From contig OZ037765.1 in the NCBI GenBank assembly GCA_964035545.1, forward strand, positions 28,519,504-28,583,503: 64,000 nucleotides of DNA, read 5' to 3'. This stretch comes from Bugula neritina. Its lineage: Eukaryota > Animalia > Bryozoa. A program made the translations under genes and the position numbers. The notes under the pieces were generated by a model. That model was given only the letters and a program-made list of their open reading frames with translations. It had not been told where the DNA came from and searched no databases. Shown in pieces: positions 56,001 to 64,000 of this stretch (the first letter of the stretch is position 1; each line of letters opens with the position of its first letter).

Positions 56001-58042
56001 GAATACAACCGTAGATGGCAAAATTAACCCTGTTGATAATTTTTGCTAGCTCGCACACCCAGTCCCCAGCTACCTTACCCTAGTTGCTATCAATAATGTA
56101 GTTGCACAACACCTAAGCTATTACTAATTTACTCTCTTGCATGATCTATTAGAAGAAAGTATACCAAAGGCAGTCCACAATGCTAGATAGTGTAATGTTA
56201 CTTAGCGAACTTTCAGCATCTCAGGTATGTGATCCTCAGTCGGCTAGTAATCTTGATTCTACCTCCTTTGCTTTAAATCAAAAGCTTTTTTCGACAATTT
56301 TAAATCAAATTAACTTTAAATTTAGGCACAAATTGTAGGACGTACAGTCAGATAATATTTCTTTTGCATAAATGCTTTCGCTCTGCCATAATTATATTGC
56401 TAGATTTCCTCACTGATTTTGTTATTTCCTCACACTTGAAAACTTCTGGTAGTCTGTTGAAGCGTTTTCTCCCCAATCCACAGTTTAACTTGTTTTTATA
56501 TTGTAGCTTTTGTTTGCTGTGATCACTGCAATATGCTAAAAGCATAGCATTTTATAGACCCCTGTGTTCTACCTTATGCTTTGCTGCTATGATTTTGTGT
56601 GTTTCACTAATTGCCTGTGTTGTGTGTTTATCATTTCACTTTAGAAATCCTCTGACAATGTCAGCTCTATTTCTAATTTCGATGGCTCCCCATTTCTTAA
56701 AGCTAGCTTATTTGACTATAGAAAGCGCTCTGAATCTATTCTTACACTTTGGGAAGAGTTACTGTTTGAGCCAGATGAGGTAGGCTGAGGAAATACCCCA
56801 ATAGCCTCTCGGTTTAATGATAAACCATCTTATTTAATTGTGATATACACAAGTTTTAAGCATGTTTCCAGCATTTTGCATAATTCACAATCTACTGTAC
56901 ATTTCGTATCAAGAATAGTATGCAGTGTATATAACATGTTATACTTTCTCCATAACTTTGTCAATATACCAACATTTGACAGGGCTTCATGTTTTATAGT
57001 CTGAAAGCCTATGAATTTATATAAATGTTGATCTATTTTTTTAAAAAAATGTTTTAGCTGCTGCATATTTGTGATGTTTATGTCAGCAGTATCTGGTCTT
57101 CTGAACTACTTTCTATGAGGAATAGACTTAATGTGTGCATACAAGTTGAAATGAGTTACTAAAGAGTCCATAAACAAAATTAAATATTTTATGCAGAGTT
57201 TTCTGAATAAAACAAGTAAAAATAATTCCATCATAGTTCATGATATTGCTACCAGATTTATCATCTTTCTTTACATGCGGACAAGTAAAAACTTTATTTT
57301 TTCTGCATATAATTGCTTAATTTATTTATGGTCGGTTTCAAAAACCTTGTTGATTTTGTAGCCTATACCATATAGCGAGATAAATCTTGCGGCTGAAAAT
57401 AGAAGAAAGGGGCTCTCAATATCAAACCTAGAGGTACACGTATGCTGAATTTTTTTCCTCATTTTATGATCTATTCAATTTTGTAACCTTTAGACTTTAT
57501 TATATTACTTCCTTTAAATACTGTTAGCCAAGGCAGATATACACTAAGTAAGCAAATATTATAGCCATGTTGTAGTATGGTGGTATAACTAGGTTGTATA
57601 ATAATACTTGTTAAGGCTTTCAGGGATCATCATCTCTGGCTTTCAGAGATGATGATAAATATGCTGTTGCTATTGTTACAAAGTATATACTGTATCTATT
57701 GTTTTAGAAACATTTATCAGATGATGAGTTTAGACAGCATTTAGGCAGCACGAGAGAAGAATTCTATAAATTACCAGAATTTAAGAGGAACGACTTGAAG
57801 CGAAAGGTCAGATTTATTATTGCCAGTTGTGTTGACCTAATAGTGAAGATAATACGCAAGTTTTAAGGATGACTAGTAATGCTCTCATTAACTCTTAAAT
57901 TATTTTTAAAACAAAGGTAACCTTGGTTAAACCTAGCTATATACTAATTGTTTTAGGGAGTGAAATACAAGTACAAGGCTCTGTTTGCTTTGTTGAACTA
58001 ATGTGTTCATTGGTTGTTTATTTGTAGGCTCTGCTCTTCTAG
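37224..58042 (+). CDS. abLIM/UNC-115/dematin-family protein with C-terminal villin headpiece; no LIM domains found
   Basis: Phase-consistent exons 37224-37250, 40430-40562, 42681-42734, 43978-44196, 50582-50736, 51987-52095, 52721-52846, 54209-54291, 54458-54527, 55403-55461, 55922-55960, 57362-57433, 57708-57806, 58028-58042. Motifs: RFHRP, IKLSHYP...IEREDWPAPP, DPRSASRTPSANKEP, SPFNASPSR, KPGY, and headpiece LEKHLSDDEFRQHLGSTREEFYKLPEFKRNDLKRKALLF*. The first exon is the least certain. Confidence 0.85.
44234..49507. mobile_element. Decayed TIR DNA transposon flanked by TTAA (Kolobok-like), in an intron of the headpiece gene
   Basis: Left end TTAA|AGGCGGTAAGCTTCCAGGTTATTT; right end (reverse complement) TTAA|ACATCGTAAGCATCCAGGTTATTT. 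That is 19/24 identity with TTAA in the same register. CpG-rich patches lie inside both ends and broken coding remnants lie on the minus strand. Confidence 0.55.
46310..47620 (-). pseudogene. Degraded spliced ORF inside the TTAA element
   Basis: Clean AG/GT-bounded 67-codon exon 47620-47420 (KNGASRRNFRRRKLRSSRNAARVVKRHLKKLNFNNDMKFVTDHPGVFELTWPAEFSKSHTTAIYIIM). Downstream segments (~47225-47000, ~46900-46710, ~46460-46310) look protein-like but contain stops or frameshifts. Confidence 0.4.
49827..50215. repeat. (CTA)n microsatellite with CTG interruptions
   Basis: About 390 bp of ctactacta...; it explains the poly-Leu and poly-Val ORFs. Confidence 0.97.
53041..53428. mobile_element. Foldback/MITE: near-perfect ~185-bp inverted repeat with a short loop
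   Basis: gtcattttacttaatttagtacacactgga...agctactttt / loop / aaaagtagct...tccagtgtgtactaaattaagtaaaatgac. Confidence 0.9.
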
Positions 58043-58690
58043 CAGTAGACAAGCACTCCCTCAACAACCTATGCCAGCATTGATTTGCAATTTAACTGGT
58101 TATGTTTCATTTTTGTGTATAGCTAATATAAAACCTTGTAGCTAATTACGGTACATTTGATGTTACTTGAATGATAGTTATACTAAGGTTTACATGTTTT
58201 CACTTGAATGGAGTTCAATTTTTTAAATAGTTTACAAGTTGGGTTATCTTTTACAGATTGTGAAAAATTCTGTTTTCTTAGCTCAATTTTGAAGTTTCAG
58301 CTTGTTGTATATGATATTGAAACCCTATGATTTCTCATAACAAGGAATATATATTATAGTTTTGTATGTGTATTTGGCATAATTGACATTTTTATATATA
58401 TACTTAAAAGTAAAATTGATATATTTTTTATAATGTTTAAATAGATTGCTTGCAATAATACATATTTTTTTGGATACTGTTGTATAATTATCTCTATTTT
58501 GGTACTAAGTGCTCCAAAAGAGTTTACACACATACACACATACATATAATACACATACACATGTACATACACACATACATGCACACACATTCGATTACAT
58601 ATGCATGTATATGCATATAATATAGGTATATCAATCTTTGGACAGCAGCTGTTTTAGAATGCGTCTCCTGTCCTCAGAGCAGTAGATGAA

Positions 58691-58693
<3 letters not shown>

Positions 58694-58734
<41 letters not shown>
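58694..58734. repeat. (TA)n microsatellite, with a CA/TA-rich stretch at ~58525-58620
   Basis: Direct reading. Confidence 0.95.
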
Positions 58735-58737
<3 letters not shown>

Positions 58738-59431
58738 GTGTGTGTATGTGTAGGAAGGACGTTATGAACCATAAATATAATTGCTGCCCTAAGCTACTTT
58801 TTAAAAAATAGAGCCGATTCCCGTGAGGTATATTTGGTGAATGCATAATGATATGTATTTAATTTTCTCCCTTTCACAATCCATCTGCTTGCTGTGGCCT
58901 GGCTGCTAATTTAGCAACAGCTACATTTATATAGTTTCATATTGGTTACTTATAGCAGAGGACAGTGAATGATGAGCTATTGCAATGGATATTTTGTGGC
59001 TAAGGAGTAGTGTGGATTTTAATATATTTATCCAAGTATATATCTTCCCATTTACAAAACAGCCTGTAGACGTGTTACATGAAAGGGAACAGAAAAAAGT
59101 TTAAGTAAAACAATTACAGCAAGTGAAATTTCATTAGTTTGGGGGTTGTCCTATTGTTTTTTTGCTAATGACTTTATCATGTCTTTGTCTCTCAACACGC
59201 CCCTTCAAGCATGCAATTCCATTATGAGTAGCCTGAGTGCATTTGCCTTTTATCCTCCGCCCTAGTGGTGTTTGGTGATTACTTATATAACCTCTTGCTG
59301 AAACATAGCAAACCAAACTAATGGGAAACAAGTTGCCAATGGTAGTAGAATACAGCAGGCTGGAGATGGGTGGTGATACTGCAAGTACTAACAAGTAGCT
59401 TACTGTGTACTAATACCAATCAAGAGAATAA

Positions 59432-62400
59432 ATGGCTGTCTTTGAAAGGGACAAATTCATAGAGGATTTCAAAGCAGATTACTACAAATATGGACCTGAA
59501 GATATTCATCAACAATATAAACACCTATACAGTTTGGCTGAAGAATATACCTTAAGGGCCAAGAAACAAGAAAGAGAAACTCCAAACAGATGGATTCTCT
59601 ATCTCAAGGTAGGCGTACTATTAGTATGTTATATTCTACTAGGTTTACTTTATGCCTGCAAAAATGGTAGTGACTTGCATCTTTATAAACATAAATAAAT
59701 TGTGTCTCAATAGGAATGAGTGAATTGATTAGATATTATTCACAGGCAATGAAAAATGAAGGTAGCATGGCTAAACAAACTCAAACTATATTATCTCAAT
59801 CCGTAAATTAGGAATTATTTTATAAGAAGAACAGCTGTATAGTTTACCTTTTTTTTAATTTGTAGGCACATGCCTTATGGAATTCCTCATTACAGCGTTG
59901 CCAAGAGCATGAAATTTCCGAAATACAAGAAAAAATATTTAACCTAGAGTGTGACTGGTATGATGGAAGCCACCCTTTGAAAAATGTAGATGAACTAAGA
60001 AAAGTCACTGAGCGATGTAAATCAGAACTCAACTCTATGAGAAGAAGCTGCCATGTTCGATTCATGGAATGTGGGAAATTGATTGAGCAGATGGAGATGG
60101 GTGACATGTTCAGTCAACAGAATGAACTTTATGCAAATAATTTTGTTGAAAATGTTAAATGTCAAAGTGAACATTGCACAAGTGAAATGATTAAGTTCGC
60201 AAAGGACATCTGTGAAACGAGCGAGAAATTACTTGGAAATGCCCCATGCCGCTATGCCATTATTGCTTTAGGCTCCATAGCAAGGAGTGAAGCAACACCA
60301 TATTCTGACCTTGAATATGCCTTCTTAATTGAGCCAAACAGTGACAAATCATACTTTCTAAGACTAGCAGTTGATACATATTTCAGAATATCAAACCTCG
60401 GTGAGACTCCCCTCAAATACTACTACATAGAAGAACTGTATGACAATTACAGATCAACATCTGATGAAGTAAAAGAAAAGCTCTGGTTTGTAGACAAAGG
60501 TCCAAGTGGATTTAAAATTGATGGACTTCTGCCAAAAGCAGGGAATATTCCAACAGGAAATGGCCTCTCTGAAAACACTCTTATCTTGACAGTAAATGAG
60601 CTAATGGATCGTTATATCAGCTCAGTTAGTCAAACTGATGTTACTGAAGTTGCAGGGTTGTCAGATTTGCTGTTTAGTACAGTACTGATTCACTCACATG
60701 ATGGAGAAAAGGGTGGGTCTGCTCTGCTAGAAGATTTTAAAACTCAAAAGCATGATTTTGAAACAGATTTCATAAAGCTCAAAATACAACGATATCAACT
60801 GGAAGAAATGCGCATGAAACGGCTGATTTTGGATATAAAGAGCTTTGATTATTGTCCAGGAGACATTAATGAAGACATGAGAAATTTAAAAGTGAAAGCA
60901 GATATTTTCCGATATCCCACAATAATGGCTCATAACATTAGAATTGCATTAAATATGGATAAGTGTGACACTGCATGGGAAGTATTTGAACAGCTACATT
61001 CAAATCAAAAATGGTTAAACAAAGAAAATTTAGCTGCAATGCAGTTTGTGCTCATGTCTGCAATATGGATCCGTACCTCAGCATACCTGCAGAATGGTAC
61101 ACAAAAAGAAGAACTCTCATTTCATCCTCAACATATCATTGAGAAAACGGATGACCGATTTTTTGTTCCAGTAAAGCTTTACATAGCTATGGCTAGTCGC
61201 TTAGTTCCTATCAAACAATCAATTTTGAAGTTTGTGGGAAATGGAACTGAAGATGTAAACCTTAAAAGGAGCATGGGTGACCTTTGTAAATCGATAACCA
61301 TTGACAAAGCAGATTGGGTTTTGCGATGCAGGCTTCACTACATTTGTGGTGACTATGAAGGCGGTCTGAAACATGTTCAAAGTATTCTTGGTGCTCAAGT
61401 GCCAGATAATCCAACTTGTCTTGTGCATAGATTTCAAGACAATTCAGCAGGCATGGTTTACATTGTAGCACACCTACTTTTTCAAAATGGAGAGTTTGCT
61501 AAAGCAGTGCATTATCTTGACTGTTTGATTGACCAAATTGATGAGTCTTCAAGAGAAAAATTGCTAGACAAAGCTTATTTGTACGCAGTTAAGGGACAAT
61601 GCCTAATGACTCTGGGCAAATATGAAGAATCTGAAAACATCTTTAATAGAGCTTCCGACTTCATAAGCAAATTATTCGGAGTCGAAAACATTGAAGAGCT
61701 ATTTTTAAAAATAGCTCTAACCGCTTTACATAAAGATAAGATTTTAAAACCTCAGGAAATTGAGTTTTGTCGTACAGTCTGTGCACAGATCAGATTTATA
61801 GCAGATGCAGTTCGCTATTATCAAGGAAAGTATCCCAAAACCCTAACAATGTTCAACAATCTCAAAATGTCGTACCCATTGATCAAAGGGTTGTTGTTTG
61901 GCAACAAAGAAGATAGCCTGGTTGTTGTAAACTTCGAAATCAGTTTTGGGTTGCACTCTTTACAGTTAGCCAAGTATGATGAAGCTAAGAACCATCTTGC
62001 TAAGGCCAGCAGTTTATATAACAGGATTTTTGGAGCCACTGTGGCCACTGTTGATAGAGCTGCTATACATGTTCACCAAGGGATGGTGGAACTAAAAAAA
62101 GCAAACTTTTTAGAAGCTGAAGACTTCGCTTTGACTGCTATTGAAATTTTGGGAAAATGTGGGCAGAAATTAGGACACAATCTTTTTTCTTGTCATCAGT
62201 TGCTTGCAGAATTATATCTGGCTACTGGAAATTTTGAAAAATCAGCAGAGCAGCTAGCTGTGTGCAAAGATCTGATCCTTCAATCCAGTAACAGTGGCTA
62301 CGTTCTCACACATTCAGCCATTCACTTAGTTGATGCAGAACTCATTTATCAAGAAGCACTCAATGCCAAGAACGATATCAGAGCAAACCAGCTTTCACTT

Positions 62401-62955
62401 GCAAAACAGTTGGTAGAAGAAGTAATTGAGTCTTTGAAGAAAACTGTTCATTTTACAGTTTCCGATAGTCATCCAGATATGGCAGCAGCTTTCAGGTTAC
62501 TGGGACAAATTTCTCTGGCATTGGGTAAAAACTCTCTTGCAAAATGGTATACTAAGAAAGCACTTAAGGGTTTTTTGACAGCTTATGGTGAAGGCACCAA
62601 TCACATTGACATTTTGAAAACATTTCTTGTTCTCAGTGAAATAAGTTTGCAGAAAAATCAGCTTCCCAATGCTCAAGATTATGTTAGAAAAGCACTTCCG
62701 GAGTTACAAGAATTTTTTGGTTATGTCAGTAAACATCCACTACTAGCAGAAGCTTGGCACATTCAGTCTCAAATAGAACTAAAGGCCGGTGATAACCGCA
62801 ATGCATTAGAGCACAGTGCTATGTCGATATACATGATGGAACAAACATTTGGCTGGAACTCCAAACACCCAGCTCTTTTAAAAATAGCCACACATTTTCT
62901 TACGGTTTTTCTCATAATATACTTTAAAATAAATAGTATAGCGCAGATACTGTAA
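59432..62955 (+). CDS. ~1088-aa protein: GlnD/GlnE/DUF294-type nucleotidyltransferase, helical domain and long TPR array
   Basis: Exon 59432-59608 (59 codons, AAG|GTAGGC) splices in phase 0 to 59866-62955. Pol-beta-superfamily motif YAIIALGSIARSEATPYSDLEYAFL (GS at 60271-60276, D-x-E at 60307-60315). C-terminal ~42-44-aa kinesin-light-chain/NPHP3-type TPRs (HPDMAAAFRLLG...AL...YGE, HPLLAEAW, HPAL). Confidence 0.9.
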
Positions 62956-63225
62956 AATTTTAGTGACATTACCTTGTCAAAAGTGCCGATGAGCTTGATA
63001 CATTTTAAATGATTGAATTGCTTATAAACTATATTATATATATTAACTATTATAATATATTAAAATTATCACAATGTAGCGCACTGATACAGTTCATGCA
63101 GCAGCAAATACTATTAACAAACAGAAATTATTATCATTATTATTATTCACCAGATATCTACTCAGAGCTAATAAAGTGCAACTTTCTTTAATGCTATGAA
63201 AACATGCGTGTTTTCATGTATGATG

Positions 63226-63530
63226 TGTGATTTTATTTAAAAATAGCACTGGTAAAATGGCACAGGTAAAAATGGCACCGTAAAATTGGCACGGTTAATA
63301 ATAGCATCGGTAATAGGCGCACAAATGGAAAAGCAGGAAAAATTTGCACACTGATCTTAAAGTTTCCCAAACCCCAAACTCAAACCCGCCTCTGAAACCC
63401 CCCCCCATCCTAAACATTTAACCCCACCCCAAACCTTAATATTGAAAAAGTGCCATTTTTACTTTCTACTTTGCAATTTGTGCCATTATTACGTTACCAT
63501 TTTTACCTGTACCACTTTTACGGACATCAT
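63226..63530. mobile_element. MITE-like non-autonomous element, copy 2 (inverted relative to 9959-10203)
   Basis: GGTAAAAATGGCAC-type units at left, C-rich cccaaacccc core, TGCCATTTTTAC-type units at right. Confidence 0.75.
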
Positions 63531-64000
63531 TTCGTGTGAATGTCTCTCACAAGCTTTGCACAAGTCATAGTCCTGGCACATGCTAAAAATGAAATTTATA
63601 GAATATAGTAGAGTATTACAGTTGGTACTACAATCAGAAGTAGTAAATTTCCATTAACTCAAATGTCTAATTGCAGCAAATAGATAAAGGTATAAGCGCT
63701 TAGATTGCCACTCACCCACATTTGTATCTTCTACCAACAATTGGAGACTGCCCACAAGATGAACAACTTATTGCTTCCCTCCATTCTATTTGATCTGCAG
63801 TGTGATAATAAGCTCTGCTATAGACTACAGAACTATAGGCTATCTCCTCGCCCATGTCACGTGCCTTAAATAAAAAGCAAATTGGTCTAATCTCAATCCT
63901 CTGTTATTTTCAAGCACAAATAATATAGTCAACCAGAAAACTGCTGAGCTATCAAGTTTCTCCGCAACACTTGATCCTAACAAATTATTTGCAGCTAGAA

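Noticed and set aside
56340-56780. Minus-strand broken ORF, possibly a LINE fragment (similar vague relics at ~1320-1800 and ~41450-41900)
   Set aside because: No RT, endonuclease or transposase motif recognisable; too weak to call.
61219-62969. Minus-strand ORFs over the NTase-TPR gene (likewise 3626-3811, 4610-4837, 9663-9890, 11509-11817, 51728-52090)
   Set aside because: Antisense shadows of real coding exons.

Overview
AT-rich (roughly 30% GC) genomic DNA from an intron-bearing animal, probably an invertebrate; it is not prokaryotic and has no CRISPR array or rRNA. Hand-spliced, phase-consistent GT-AG models give eight protein-coding genes in order: (1) the 3' half of a transmembrane adenylate cyclase (+); (2) a GPI-type Ly6/three-finger (quiver/sleepless-like) protein (-); (3,4) two orphan, mostly low-complexity proteins (+); (5) a Not/notochord homeobox gene (-); (6) RNA polymerase I/III subunit RPAC2/POLR1D (-); (7) an abLIM/UNC-115-derived villin-headpiece protein that appears to lack LIM domains (+); (8) a ~1088-aa protein that fuses a GlnD/GlnE/DUF294-type nucleotidyltransferase to a long TPR array and is encoded almost entirely on one 3.09-kb exon (+). 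Gene 8 is the best candidate for an uncharacterised system: a TPR-gated, prokaryote-style nucleotidyltransferase in an animal. Non-coding features include a decayed ~5.3-kb TTAA-flanked TIR element in an intron, a ~390-bp foldback hairpin, two copies of a MITE with a G-rich core, a tRNA-derived SINE, microsatellites, and recurrent ACT/AGT-periodic tracts beside putative promoters. All family assignments come from motifs recognised by eye; no database search was run.
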